Assembly (NCBI GenBank): GCA_040757035.1
Contig: JBFLYM010000001.1
Location: 12,222-76,221 of the forward strand
Length of the DNA: 64,000 nt
Direction of reading: 5' to 3'
DNA from: Candidatus Micrarchaeota archaeon
GTDB taxonomy: Archaea > Micrarchaeota > Micrarchaeia > Anstonellales > Bilamarchaeaceae
Each line of letters begins with the position of its first letter. Position 1 is the first letter of the stretch. The notes under the pieces are model-generated. The model had not been told where the DNA came from. It saw only the letters and a list, made by a program, of their open reading frames with translations, and did not search any database. Made by a program: the position numbers and the translations under genes. Below are positions 26,968 through 37,503 of this stretch, in pieces.

Positions 26968-27531
26968 ATGATAATTGTAGTTTCTGGTTTTCGCGGTTCT
27001 GGTAAAACACTCTTTGGTAAAATAGCAAAGAAAATGAAATGTGCTGTTTTTGAGATGAGTGAACCAGTTTTTGCATTAATGAAAGAATTAAAAATGAAAA
27101 TAAACAATGAAAACGTACGCAATTTTGCAACTGATTTTAGGGAAAGCGGAGGAATGGATGCAGTTGCAAAACTTATTCTTCCAAAGATAAAGAGTACATA
27201 CCAAGAACATAAAGGAGAACGAAATATTGTAATAATCGGTGCAAGATGTATAGAAGAAGTTGAAATTTTCCGCTTAGTTGATTGCGTATTAACAATCGCA
27301 ATAATCAGCGACGAAAAAATCAGGTTCGCGCGTATAAAAAAAAGAGGAAATCTCAGCGATCCGGACGAATTAAAGAATTTCAGATGGGCAGACCAAGTTG
27401 AAGTGAAATGGGGATTAAAAAAACTTGTTGATGAATCAGAGATGAAGATAGAGAATAACAGAACCGTAGAAGAATTTGTGGAAAAGGTAAAATCAATATT
27501 AGCTTCTAAATTGTACCACCCAAGTAAATAA
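26968..27531 (+). CDS. P-loop nucleotide/nucleoside kinase (UPF0200 / dephospho-CoA-kinase-like).
   Basis: N-terminal Walker A GFRGSGKT. 187 aa. Architecture resembles archaeal adenylate-kinase-like NTPases. Confidence 0.5.
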   Translation: MIIVVSGFRGSGKTLFGKIAKKMKCAVFEMSEPVFALMKELKMKINNENVRNFATDFRESGGMDAVAKLILPKIKSTYQEHKGERNIVIIGARCIEEVEIFRLVDCVLTIAIISDEKIRFARIKKRGNLSDPDELKNFRWADQVEVKWGLKKLVDESEMKIENNRTVEEFVEKVKSILASKLYHPSK

Positions 27532-27715
27532 TCCAATGTTTTTTGCTAACTCTGTACTTTTCACGTACTGCTAAAGTATCGTCAAAGTACTGTTAATGAA
27601 CAAACACGCATTATGGCGTATTATGAATTTGCAAAGGTTAGGCATAGAAAAACATTTATATATGAAGTGGTAATATGTATATATAACTGTACATAACAAT
27701 TAGAGTTGTGGAAAA

Positions 27716-28324
27716 ATGCATATCATTCACAAACATACTACGCTATCAACCATTAATTGCCCGATATCGCAGCTTAGCCAGCGGTTTAAAGGCAAAACTT
27801 TGCGCGAAAAATACATAACTTGTTTCGATCCTATATTTGTCGAGCCGCTAAACCATAAATACAAGGATCACAAAGATGATGAAAAAATTAATATTTTATT
27901 CAAAGCAATTGAGCTGTTAAATTATGCTGACTGTATAAATTGCCAAAATAATAAAAAAATTTATGATTTTGTACTCGAAGCAATTAAAATGCTTGTCGAA
28001 TTAAAAGAATATCGCCTCTTGGATTTTATTTTTAGAATTAGTCGAAATCGAGATATACGAACAACGATAGCCAACGAATACGCTAAGCGGTTTGAGGAGT
28101 TTACTCCTAAGTTTACTCATAAAGACTTAGATATCTTAAGTATCTTGACCATTGTTGCTATATCAGCAGATAATGAACAAATTGCACTTCTAGCAGTTCG
28201 AAAAATTGGTGATATTGAAAAGAAATGCAGTAATTTAGTAGAGATTCAGCGTAAGTCAAAATATCTATCGGTAATGCAGAAAGCAGGCAAAATTATAGAC
28301 TCTTACAGTTGTTATCTTCGCTAA
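27716..28324 (+). CDS. Hypothetical protein.
   Basis: 202-aa ORF with good coding periodicity and no recognisable motif. Confidence 0.35.
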   Translation: MHIIHKHTTLSTINCPISQLSQRFKGKTLREKYITCFDPIFVEPLNHKYKDHKDDEKINILFKAIELLNYADCINCQNNKKIYDFVLEAIKMLVELKEYRLLDFIFRISRNRDIRTTIANEYAKRFEEFTPKFTHKDLDILSILTIVAISADNEQIALLAVRKIGDIEKKCSNLVEIQRKSKYLSVMQKAGKIIDSYSCYLR

Positions 28325-28326
28325 AA

Positions 28327-29607
28327 TTACAAAGTAATTTTATCTCCGCGCTTCGGTGCGATCGCGTTGTAGCCCATTTCTTTGAGTTCAGTGGCAAAGT
28401 TTTCAGAGCATTCTTTATCTCCATGCACGCAGATAATTTTATCCGGATTGGTTTCGTTTATAAGATTCATTAAGTCGCTTCTTCCTGCATGTGCTGAAAA
28501 ATCAAAATATTCAATCGGAAGTTCAACTTCAAGCAGATTGTTGTCAACACGAAGTTGTCCTCTGTTTTGCAAAAGCCAGCCGTTTGTACCTTCTATACAA
28601 TAGCCGGAGAAAATTATTTTAGACTTGCGGTTGAGATAATTTATATAATTCAATACCGGACCGCCTTCCATCATTCCTGCTGTTGAAATTATTACGCTTC
28701 CTCCGGCGTTTGCGTTCTTTCTATCCCGAATACTTTCAACAAACGTAATCGTTTCAACATCTTTAATAAATTCTTCTGGATCGTTAAGATATTTTTTATA
28801 TTTCATGTATACGCGCGTCACTTCTTTTGACATTCCATCTAGATAGATAGGTATGTCTTTGTGATGCGCTCTGATTATTCTTATGAGTTCCTGGCTTCGT
28901 CCAACCGCAAATGCAGGGCATAAAACAGTGCCTCCTTGACCGACAGTTTCACGAATTTCATCTGCAAATCTTTTTTCAAGGTTGTGCCTTTCAGGATGCT
29001 CTCTATTTGCGTAAGTACTTTCCAATATAAGCGCGTCCACTTTTTCTTTTATTGGCTTTGCGCCAGAGTGCAATCTGGTCTTTTCTTTTTTGAAATCACC
29101 GCTATAAAGAATACGTTTTTTGTTGTATTTGATATCTATCATTGCTGCGCCTGATATATGCCCTGCATCATGAAACTCAAATAATGTTTCGCCAACGCTA
29201 ACCCAATGTTCATACATGAGCGGATGCCAACACTTAAGGGCTTTCTTATAATGCGAATTGCTCCATTGAAGTTCTTTTTTTTGTATTTTCATGCTGTCTT
29301 TCCATAGAATATCCGCTATGTCATAAGTTGGAGGCGTACCGTACCATGGAATTTTTGAAAAGGTATAAATATTTGGTACAAATCCAGCGTGATCCAAATG
29401 CGCATGACTTATAAACGCCGCATCCAATCTTATGTTTTCTACGTTTTTTTCTATATCCTCTATTTTCATAGGATAACTTGGTTTTCCTGTCTCGCCAAAA
29501 AGTTTTACTCCATAATCCAGTAGTACGCGTCTATTACCCGTTTGAAGCAGAAACGCGCTTCTTCCAACTTCACAGCTAGCACCGAGACAATGTAAATTTA
29601 CGCTCAT
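28327..29607 (-). CDS. Beta-CASP metallo-beta-lactamase-fold ribonuclease (aCPSF2-like).
   Basis: HAHLDH motif, downstream Asp/His motifs, and the beta-CASP insertion. 426 aa with no KH domains. Confidence 0.75.
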   Translation of the reverse strand: MSVNLHCLGASCEVGRSAFLLQTGNRRVLLDYGVKLFGETGKPSYPMKIEDIEKNVENIRLDAAFISHAHLDHAGFVPNIYTFSKIPWYGTPPTYDIADILWKDSMKIQKKELQWSNSHYKKALKCWHPLMYEHWVSVGETLFEFHDAGHISGAAMIDIKYNKKRILYSGDFKKEKTRLHSGAKPIKEKVDALILESTYANREHPERHNLEKRFADEIRETVGQGGTVLCPAFAVGRSQELIRIIRAHHKDIPIYLDGMSKEVTRVYMKYKKYLNDPEEFIKDVETITFVESIRDRKNANAGGSVIISTAGMMEGGPVLNYINYLNRKSKIIFSGYCIEGTNGWLLQNRGQLRVDNNLLEVELPIEYFDFSAHAGRSDLMNLINETNPDKIICVHGDKECSENFATELKEMGYNAIAPKRGDKITL

Positions 29608-29773
29608 ATAATACCTTAATATAATCTTGACATAATAATCTTGACAAATCTCAATATAATAACTAAATAGATGAGAAATAAATAGATAAGTGTTAATTAT
29701 TTGGACACTATTATTTAAGCGCTTCCATTTTATAAATTCTTGGCTGAAAATAAAAAATGACCGCTATGGAGTA

Positions 29774-30175
29774 ATGATCGCTATGGGATATAAGAAATAT
29801 GAAGAACATGAAGAATGCGAAATTTGCGGAAAAAAGAACGCTATATATTTAATTTATGTTGAAGGAGCGCAGATGAATTCATGCGGAGAATGCGCGCATG
29901 GGGCAAAGATAATTTCTCAGCTTAATGAGCAAAGCCCTAACGCTTCTCTGGTTTCGCATAGGACAAAAACCGAAGAAGAGGAAATCGTAGATGAATATGG
30001 AAAAATAATAAAAAAAGCGCGGGAAAAACTGGGTCTAAGTTCCAAACAACTCGCGCTTAAAATAGCCGAAAAGGCGAATTATTTGGAACATGTGGAAAAA
30101 GAGACTTGTCTTCCCTCGCTCGCTTTGGCGCGCAAATTGGAAAAATTTCTAAAAATAAAACTTATTGAAAAATAA
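29774..30175 (+). CDS. mbf1: Archaeal multiprotein-bridging factor 1 (aMBF1): zinc ribbon plus an HTH_3 domain.
   Basis: N-terminal CEICG…CGECAHG zinc ribbon. C-terminal XRE-type HTH (…LGLSSKQLALKIAEKANYLEHVEKE…). Confidence 0.65.
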   Translation: MIAMGYKKYEEHEECEICGKKNAIYLIYVEGAQMNSCGECAHGAKIISQLNEQSPNASLVSHRTKTEEEEIVDEYGKIIKKAREKLGLSSKQLALKIAEKANYLEHVEKETCLPSLALARKLEKFLKIKLIEK

Positions 30176-30192
30176 TAAAAAAAGTGAATTTT

Positions 30193-31230
30193 ATGGGCGT
30201 AGAGTTGGGCGAAATAATTCCAAAGCATCCGATAACGCTTGAAGCGCTAAGCGGAAAAATAATTGCTTTAGACGCGTTCAATATACTTTATCAATTTCTT
30301 GCGTCGGTGCGGCAAGAAGATGGAAATCCGCTAATGGATTTTAAGGGCAGGCCTACAGGTCATCTCTCTGGTTTGTTTTATCGCAATGCGCGATTTATAG
30401 AAAACGGAATAAAACCGATATATGTTTTTGATGGCGAACCTCCTGAATTCAAAAAAAAAGAAATCGCGCGCAGAAAAGAAGCGAAAAAAGAGGCCGAAGC
30501 AAAATGGCGTGAAGCTTTGGATTACGAGCAAATAAAAGATGCGCAGAAATTTGCGAAGGCAACGAGCAAATTAACTCCTGAAATGATAGATGAGGCAAAG
30601 CAGTTGCTTTCAATATTGGGTATACCATATATAAATGCTCCGAGCGAAGGCGAAGCCCAGTCCGCATATATGGTAAAAAAAAACATTGCCTATGCATCGG
30701 CTTCACAAGATTATGATTCGCTTTTGTTCGGAGCGCCGCGTTTTATCAGAAATCTTTCTGTTACAGGTAAAAGAAAGGTTCCGCGACAAGATCGCTATAT
30801 TCTTGTTGAACCAGAAGAAATAATTTTTAACGAAGTTCTTTCATCTCTTCAAATTACTCACGAGCAGCTTATTTTGATGGGTATAATGTGCGGTACCGAT
30901 TTCAACCCTGGGATAAAAAAAATCGGGCCAAAAACAGCACTTAAAATAGTAAAGGAGCATAAAAATCTCTCTGAAGTAAAATTGTATGTAAAAACAAAAT
31001 ACGCGTATGAATTTGAAGGTGATATAGAAACGATTTTTGAATTTTTTTTAAACCCTCCAACGCTTGGTTGCGGCAAAATAGTATTTGGAGAGATTAATAC
31101 AGCAGCGGCTATCCATCTTTTGGTTGAAGAACACGATTTTTCTGATGAGCGAGTTGAACGCGTACTTGCAGAAATAGAAAAATCGTATAAAGAAAAAGGT
31201 GCGCAGAGAAAGATAGATGATTTTATTTAG
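30193..31230 (+). CDS. fen: Flap endonuclease 1 (FEN-1).
   Basis: MGVELGEIIPK…IALDAFNILYQFL…HLSGLFYR…IYVFDGEPPEFKKKE…APSEGEAQ…ASQDYDSLLFG… is collinear with archaeal FEN-1. Confidence 0.9.
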   Translation: MGVELGEIIPKHPITLEALSGKIIALDAFNILYQFLASVRQEDGNPLMDFKGRPTGHLSGLFYRNARFIENGIKPIYVFDGEPPEFKKKEIARRKEAKKEAEAKWREALDYEQIKDAQKFAKATSKLTPEMIDEAKQLLSILGIPYINAPSEGEAQSAYMVKKNIAYASASQDYDSLLFGAPRFIRNLSVTGKRKVPRQDRYILVEPEEIIFNEVLSSLQITHEQLILMGIMCGTDFNPGIKKIGPKTALKIVKEHKNLSEVKLYVKTKYAYEFEGDIETIFEFFLNPPTLGCGKIVFGEINTAAAIHLLVEEHDFSDERVERVLAEIEKSYKEKGAQRKIDDFI

Positions 31231-31327
31231 CTTTTATTTAGCTTTTGTTTGGTTTTTATTTAACTTTGATTTATATTCAACTTTGATTTATCCGAAGACT
31301 TATTTATACTATAAGCCATCCAACCAT

Positions 31328-33034
31328 CTATTTCCATTTTTCTACATCCGCAGTTCTAACCTTCATTGGAAGTATAAATTTTCTTCCGTCAAAAAGTCGT
31401 ATTATGCACTCGCGTGGATGCAGTTTTATGAACATTTCTCGTTTCGCTTCTTCCAATTCGCTTGGAGTAATGCGCTTCTTAAAAAACTCTTCAACTTTGA
31501 TTTCCATCATTGAACTCAATAAACGTGCATCTTCTCTTGTAACGCGGAACGAAATAATATTGCGCGTATTACTTATAAGCGCATCAAGCACAACTTTAGA
31601 AATTTGCCCAAGATATTGCCCTGATACATAAACAAAAAGATTGAATTTTCTGGTTTCTGCGAGTATATCTTTCACGACGCGCGTTTCTACAACCGGGAAT
31701 TCATCAATTACAAGAACGGTTGGCTTTGTGAGCTTTTCGCTTATTGCAAGCAAATACATTTGGTTGATTATCGCGCCAGCAAAAAATTTAATTATTTTTC
31801 TTCCAAAAAAGTGCGGGTTAAACGAAATTATTGTGATTGGGTTTTCAGCTACAAGATCCGCGAGCTTCTCAAGTTTTCTTTCTTTGCCCAAATAGAGTAA
31901 ATATTCACCTATAAAATTGATTACTGGAAGTATTGCATCGTTAAAATGATGCATGTAGATATCTTGAAATTCTTCGTCAAAGAATCTTCGAACTTCACTA
32001 TTGTCACAACGCGAGCTAAATTCAGTTCTTTTACTTGAATCTGTAAGTAGAAGACTGATATTTTCAAGCGTAAGCTCATCTATTGTAGCAAGAAGATGTA
32101 CAGAATAAAATACCACTCTTTCAGCATATTTATTTTCTTGCGCCATCACTGAAACAATAAGCTGTGAAATAAGTTGTGTAACAAGCGGACTCTTTTCCTT
32201 ACCAACATCCAATGGTTCAATGTAATTGTGTACGTAGTCCACTACTTTTTCATGCTCAAAAATTTTTGAAAATTCACTGTGCGGATCTATCACTATTAAC
32301 CGCGCTTCATTTCCATACTTTTTCTTGATTGCCTTTATTTGTATTTCAAGCAATTTGGTTTTTCCGCTCCCCGAAGTCCCGGTAAGTATGGTATGCTGAA
32401 GTGCGCTAAAATTGTCCAAACCTATTTTAATTGTATCATACTCAAAAATAGGGTCCGCACCTGTGATATTTATTGCTTTTGGAATGGGATCAAGAAGTTC
32501 AATATAAAAAGTTGGGTTTTTCTCCAAATCAATCTCAAAAAATTTGGTTGGATTGCCGATGAATATATGTCCTCTTCTTCCATCTCTATCTGTGGTATTT
32601 CCCATTCCATAAAATTTACCAAATATTTTTATTATTTTTATCTTTATCTCTTCTATATTTTCCTTAACCAAAAGATCAAAAAAATTTGTTTTTTCATCTA
32701 TCATTAGATAAAAATTGAACGAAAAATTGCTTTTTATAAATTCCACTTCCTTAGAATATTCATCCATCCTAAATGGAAAAAAGAGTGGCGCTTGTGAATA
32801 CATATTATCTTTATCTTCTATAAATATCTTGATTGTGGTACCATATCTCTTTATTGCAAGTTTAAGTCCGCTCAACGATAGAAAATCAGATGTGTCTATC
32901 CCCATGAAAGGAATCCTTCTCTTTATTAGATTATTAAAAAATTTGACATAATCTTCTTTGGTTATCTTTTCAGTATATATAGAAAGTTCAAGATATTTTC
33001 TCTGTTTTTTTGAAATTACCATAGGATAACACAA
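31328..33034 (-). CDS. HerA/VirB4-like (DUF87) FtsK-superfamily ATPase. Stand-alone; no NurA, Mre11 or Rad50 nearby.
   Basis: Walker A ILTGTSGSGKT, Walker B TVLVIDEFP, followed by ETRKFNL…SGQ. An N-terminal ~200-aa HAS-barrel-like region. Confidence 0.55.
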   Translation of the reverse strand: MCYPMVISKKQRKYLELSIYTEKITKEDYVKFFNNLIKRRIPFMGIDTSDFLSLSGLKLAIKRYGTTIKIFIEDKDNMYSQAPLFFPFRMDEYSKEVEFIKSNFSFNFYLMIDEKTNFFDLLVKENIEEIKIKIIKIFGKFYGMGNTTDRDGRRGHIFIGNPTKFFEIDLEKNPTFYIELLDPIPKAINITGADPIFEYDTIKIGLDNFSALQHTILTGTSGSGKTKLLEIQIKAIKKKYGNEARLIVIDPHSEFSKIFEHEKVVDYVHNYIEPLDVGKEKSPLVTQLISQLIVSVMAQENKYAERVVFYSVHLLATIDELTLENISLLLTDSSKRTEFSSRCDNSEVRRFFDEEFQDIYMHHFNDAILPVINFIGEYLLYLGKERKLEKLADLVAENPITIISFNPHFFGRKIIKFFAGAIINQMYLLAISEKLTKPTVLVIDEFPVVETRVVKDILAETRKFNLFVYVSGQYLGQISKVVLDALISNTRNIISFRVTREDARLLSSMMEIKVEEFFKKRITPSELEEAKREMFIKLHPRECIIRLFDGRKFILPMKVRTADVEKWK

Positions 33035-33060
33035 ATATATTTATAGTATAAACATTTAAA

Positions 33061-33585
33061 TTATCTTCCTAAAAGCCTGTTGCTCATTATTTCGCGCCTG
33101 TATTTCGCCAAATCATTAAAGATATGAGTAAGTTGTGCGCCATCTATAATATTGTTTATTGCTTTTTCAGTATATAAAATTGTGTCTAAAGGCGCAATTA
33201 TTCCTATCGTTCGTTCATATATTGAAATTTTACAATCTGTAGCAGCTTCTATTTCATTTTTCATTTTTCCTTCTTCGCCTATTATGCGTCCCTTTATTCT
33301 TTTGAGATCATTTTTGCTTTTGCATATCTCTTTCAAATCTATAAATTTTGATGCATAGTTTTCATTAAGTAATTTTTCTGCATCGCGCGGTTCGAAGCCG
33401 AAACCAATGGATTTTATTACATCCATAAGAAAGAATTCATCGGCACTTTCGCCAGTAATTTCAACGGCTCCATCATCATTGATTTTGATGCTGGTTTTTG
33501 TGAGTAGTTCAAGTCTTTTTTTGGTTTCGCCATTTACACCCAAAAGCACTCTAATACGTTCAATTGGAATTTTTATTATTTCCAT
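33061..33585 (-). CDS. Tandem KH-domain RNA-binding protein (Dim2/Pno1-like).
   Basis: Two KH GxxG cores: RVLLGVNGETKKRLE and RIIGEEGKMKNEIE. Confidence 0.55.
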   Translation of the reverse strand: MEIIKIPIERIRVLLGVNGETKKRLELLTKTSIKINDDGAVEITGESADEFFLMDVIKSIGFGFEPRDAEKLLNENYASKFIDLKEICKSKNDLKRIKGRIIGEEGKMKNEIEAATDCKISIYERTIGIIAPLDTILYTEKAINNIIDGAQLTHIFNDLAKYRREIMSNRLLGR

Positions 33586-33629
33586 GCAATTTATAAATTC
33601 GCATGAAATTATTAATCTATGGGAATTTT

Positions 33630-34040
33630 ATGGGAATTTTGAATAAACTCAAAATAAAAAATTTAGAGCTTAAAGAAACGTTTAAACAGACGCTTAAACA
33701 GGCAATAGTAGTCCGAACAGATTTAAAGATGGGTAAAGGAAAATTAGGCGCGCAAATAGCACATGCTTCGCTATCGGCATATTTAAATGCAAAACAATTA
33801 GATCCAGAATTAACCGAAAAATGGATTAACGAAGGAATGAAAAAAATTGTCCTTAAAGTAAACAATGAAAGTGAACTTTTTCTTTATTTTAAACAGGCAA
33901 CGGATATTGATCTTCCTGTAGCGATGATATACGATGCCGGGCTTACACAGATTAAGAGTGGAAGTGCGACTTGTTTTGGGATAGGACCATCAAATACAGA
34001 TAAAATAAATAAAATAGTGGGAAAACTCAAGTTATTATAA
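33630..34040 (+). CDS. pth2: Peptidyl-tRNA hydrolase, archaeal type (Pth2).
   Basis: …AIVVRTDLKMGKGKLGAQIAHASL…GIGP… Pth2 signature. Confidence 0.85.
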   Translation: MGILNKLKIKNLELKETFKQTLKQAIVVRTDLKMGKGKLGAQIAHASLSAYLNAKQLDPELTEKWINEGMKKIVLKVNNESELFLYFKQATDIDLPVAMIYDAGLTQIKSGSATCFGIGPSNTDKINKIVGKLKLL

Positions 34041-34068
34041 CAAACCAAATTTCAACTTTAGCATAAAA

Positions 34069-35433
34069 TCAACTCTCCTTGACAATTCTCTCAGCATCAA
34101 ATAATAAAACATCATTGCTTTCCTTTATTGTGAACCCCTTCTTACTAAATAAAACCCATTTTATTGGTTTCTTTGTTTTCAACACCTTCGCCGATTGTTT
34201 CAGATGCTCAAGCTCCTTTTCGCCTATCTCATTATCGCTCCATTTACACTCTCCTAAATAAAGCGATTTATCCGTCTCAATAACCAAATCGAGTTCTCGC
34301 TGCTCAAACTTGTCCTTCTCTACTTCAACGTTGCCCCACCACCTGCCGATTTTCGTTACTCGTTCGCCTTTCTTGTTGAGCCAATCAACTAAAAAGTCGG
34401 AACAGAGAAACTCGAATCTTTTGCCGAAAAAATTGTTCAATTCGTTCCTATCTGGCGCGATGGTCTTTCCATAAACGTAACTAAACCAGAACGCGAGTAA
34501 ATTGTCCTTTATAATATATATACCTTTTTTGCTTCGATAGATATTTTGGCCAAAAGGCACAACCCGTTCTATCAATTTGAAATCATTTTGCAGAGATTGA
34601 ATGTATTTTGAGAGTGTGGTTTGGAGTGCGCCCATTTTATTTGCTATTTCGCCAGTAGAAACCAAGCCATTTCCAATTGCCTCAAGTATCGAAAAATATT
34701 TTTTATATGCTGCTCCGAATTCCTGTCGTAGGATATCTTGGCCTTCTTCTCTCAATTGTCCAATACCAAAAAACAGATTCTCCGCTTTCTTTATTGATGG
34801 ATTATTCAGAAGCTCATAGAGCTCATAGTAATATGGGATGCCGCCAAAAATGCAATAGTTTTCAATTTGCTTTTCTGGATTAGAAATCCCCAAATCACGC
34901 TGAATAGCCCAAATCACCCCTGCTTTAAGTGGCTGCAATATAAATTTCAGCGTTGCTCTGTTGAAAAGGGGTGCCTTTCGTTTTGTGAAAATTTTATCCA
35001 TCATACTGACGTAAGAACCAGAAAGTATGAGTATTTTATTCGTCTTTTCCTTATGGATTTCCCAGAGTCTTTGCAACTCGTACGGTATGGCTGGATTGAT
35101 TTCTAAGGAGTTGGAGAATTCATCTATGCATAATATCCTATCCTTTGAATTGGTAAAGAAATAGCCAAGCGCTTCCTTAACTGTATTGAACGTAGGTTTA
35201 TAGCTGGCAGTAGCAAAAAGTTCAGCGAAGTCGGCCGCACACTGTTTTTCTTCTTTTGGGACTATTAAGATTTCCAATCCTTTGTTCTTAGCCAAAAATT
35301 CTTTCACAAGCCGACTCTTGCCGACTCTTCTTCTGCCGCTTATCACTATAATAGCCGAACCAAAATGTACCACTGTTTCTTGCAATGCTTTGAGTTCTTC
35401 GTCTCGATTATAAAACTTCATATTATTCACCAA
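34069..35433 (-). CDS. Archaeal ATPase (Arch_ATPase with a C-terminal DUF234-like region).
   Basis: FYNRDEELKAL…ISGRRRVGKS (Walker A), LCIDEF (Walker B). 454 aa. Confidence 0.7.
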   Translation of the reverse strand: MVNNMKFYNRDEELKALQETVVHFGSAIIVISGRRRVGKSRLVKEFLAKNKGLEILIVPKEEKQCAADFAELFATASYKPTFNTVKEALGYFFTNSKDRILCIDEFSNSLEINPAIPYELQRLWEIHKEKTNKILILSGSYVSMMDKIFTKRKAPLFNRATLKFILQPLKAGVIWAIQRDLGISNPEKQIENYCIFGGIPYYYELYELLNNPSIKKAENLFFGIGQLREEGQDILRQEFGAAYKKYFSILEAIGNGLVSTGEIANKMGALQTTLSKYIQSLQNDFKLIERVVPFGQNIYRSKKGIYIIKDNLLAFWFSYVYGKTIAPDRNELNNFFGKRFEFLCSDFLVDWLNKKGERVTKIGRWWGNVEVEKDKFEQRELDLVIETDKSLYLGECKWSDNEIGEKELEHLKQSAKVLKTKKPIKWVLFSKKGFTIKESNDVLLFDAERIVKES

Positions 35434-35610
35434 TAAGAACTTTATATTATCTTATCCGTCAATAGCCGTCAATAGGAATTTTATATTATCCATCAATAGG
35501 ATTATCCTATGGTAGGATAATATAAATATTAAATATTAGATAATAGAATAATTATTTAAACATTGTGTTCAAAATCCAAATTATTGTGCTCAAAATTCGA
35601 ATTGTTGTAC

Positions 35611-36930
35611 TTAAATTCCGAATCCTTTCATTCCTCCACCGCTCATAAATCGTTCCATCTGTTTTCTGAATCCGCGATTTTTTTGGAACAAATTTATCAT
35701 TTTTTTCATTTTTTCAAACTCGTTCAAAAAACTTTTCACATCCTGCGAAGAACATCCGGCGCCTTTCGCAACCCTTTCTATGCGCGAAGTGCTCTTGCGC
35801 AAAAGCGACGGGTCTTTTCTTTCCGCCTTTGTCATTGAATTAATCATTTGTTCATATTTTTTTATTTTTTCTTCTCCATTTTGAAGCATTTCTTTTGGTA
35901 TATCGCTTAGACCCATCATTCTAAAAATATTGCTGAACGGACCCATTTTTCTTGCGGCTTTGAGTTGCTTATAAAAATTTTCTATTGTCAATTTATCATT
36001 TTCCATCTCTGCGAGCGCTTCTTCTTCATGAATTTTTTCTATTCTTTCTATAAGACCTTTTATATCTGGCATACCGAGCAATGTTCCAACAAATCTTTTT
36101 GCTTCGTAAATTTCAAAATCATCTATTTTTTCGCCAATACCAATGAACGCAATTTTTGCCTTTGTTGCAGCAACGGCTGAAAGCGCGCCGCCTCCTTTTC
36201 CGCTTCCATCCATCTTCGTTATTATAACTCCTGTAAGAGGAGAAATTGAAGAAAATTGTTCCGCTTGTCTTCCAGCAATTTGTCCGATATCTGCATTGAG
36301 CACTAAATAAGTTTCATCTGGGCGCAGCATAAGCACTATTTCATTTAATTCAGACGCGAGTTTCTCATCAAATGCGCTTCTTCCTGCGGAATCAACAATA
36401 ATGATGTTTTCTTTTGCTTCTCTGAGCGCGTTTTCAACAACTTTTGAAGCAATTTTCTCGCCAGGTGTTGTATAAAATCGTACACCTATTCTTTCACTAA
36501 GTTGCTTTAATTGTTCTTGCGCTGCCGGTCTTTCTACATCAGCTCCTACCAAAGCGACCGAAAACCCGCGAGATTTATAGAAATAAGCGATTTTGCTGCA
36601 TGTCGTGGTTTTTCCGCATCCGTATAATCCAAGTAAAAGAATTTTATGATTGTCCATACGCGGTTGATAATTTTCTCCCATTAACCCAACAAGTTCGTCA
36701 TATACAACTTTTAATACGTGCTCACGAAGCGTGAGCGCCTCCATTTTTTCAGCATGAAGCGCGCGCCGTTCTATTTTTTTGGAGAGTTCAAAAACTAATT
36801 TTACATTTACATCGCTTGAAATAAATATGCGCTGAAGCTCTTTTATTAATTCATTTACCGCGGCTTCATCAACAATTGGCAAATTGACTATTTTTGCGAG
36901 TGCATCTCTAAGTTTTTTTCCTAAATCCAT
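35611..36930 (-). CDS. srp54: Signal recognition particle protein SRP54.
   Basis: N domain, G domain (GLYGCGKTTT, DSAGR) and Met-rich M domain (…MMGLSDIPKEM…MKGFG). Confidence 0.9.
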   Translation of the reverse strand: MDLGKKLRDALAKIVNLPIVDEAAVNELIKELQRIFISSDVNVKLVFELSKKIERRALHAEKMEALTLREHVLKVVYDELVGLMGENYQPRMDNHKILLLGLYGCGKTTTCSKIAYFYKSRGFSVALVGADVERPAAQEQLKQLSERIGVRFYTTPGEKIASKVVENALREAKENIIIVDSAGRSAFDEKLASELNEIVLMLRPDETYLVLNADIGQIAGRQAEQFSSISPLTGVIITKMDGSGKGGGALSAVAATKAKIAFIGIGEKIDDFEIYEAKRFVGTLLGMPDIKGLIERIEKIHEEEALAEMENDKLTIENFYKQLKAARKMGPFSNIFRMMGLSDIPKEMLQNGEEKIKKYEQMINSMTKAERKDPSLLRKSTSRIERVAKGAGCSSQDVKSFLNEFEKMKKMINLFQKNRGFRKQMERFMSGGGMKGFGI

Positions 36931-36972
36931 AAATTTTTTCCTAAATCAACAAATTTTTATTAAATCAACAAA

Positions 36973-37503
36973 TTAGTCTTCCTTCTCAAAAACAGCTATA
37001 TCCGCAAGTGCCATCATATGATTGTTGCTTTTCGTTTTCATGGCTGTCCCCTCCTTTTTACTTGCGCGCAATTCCTCATAATATTCATTAAGTTCATCTC
37101 TTATCTTTTTGAGCTCAGAATCTACAACAACAATCTCCCTTTGTAGATACGTGATATCTTCATCAACAAGATGTTTTTTTTGTCTTGCCCTTTCGACATC
37201 TGAAACTTTTGCGAGTTCGTTTTCAATTTTCTTTACTTCCCTTACCAAATCTCGTTCTATTTTAGGGGTATACGCTTGTGTTGAGATAGTAAATTCAAGT
37301 TGCCTATGTTTTTTTCTTAGCAAATCTATCCTTATGTGTTTGGTTTGTTCAAGAAAAGGTTCAAGGGCCTTTTGTTCGTATTGTTTATATTTAAGCCTAT
37401 TGTTGAGTCGCATTATCTTTTTTATGAGTTCTGCTTTTTTATTTTTCAAACTATTGATGTATGCTTCCGTATCCTTAAGTAAATTGATATCTTCAATATC
37501 CAT
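36973..37503 (-). CDS. Hypothetical coiled-coil protein.
   Basis: 176 aa of heptad-rich charged sequence. Confidence 0.4.
   Translation of the reverse strand: MDIEDINLLKDTEAYINSLKNKKAELIKKIMRLNNRLKYKQYEQKALEPFLEQTKHIRIDLLRKKHRQLEFTISTQAYTPKIERDLVREVKKIENELAKVSDVERARQKKHLVDEDITYLQREIVVVDSELKKIRDELNEYYEELRASKKEGTAMKTKSNNHMMALADIAVFEKED

Noticed and set aside
26946-27536. 196-aa minus-strand ORF.
   Set aside because: It is the antisense shadow of the P-loop kinase gene (26968-27531), which has a clear Walker A. Its translation is Ser/Phe/Ile-rich and typical of an AT-rich antisense frame.
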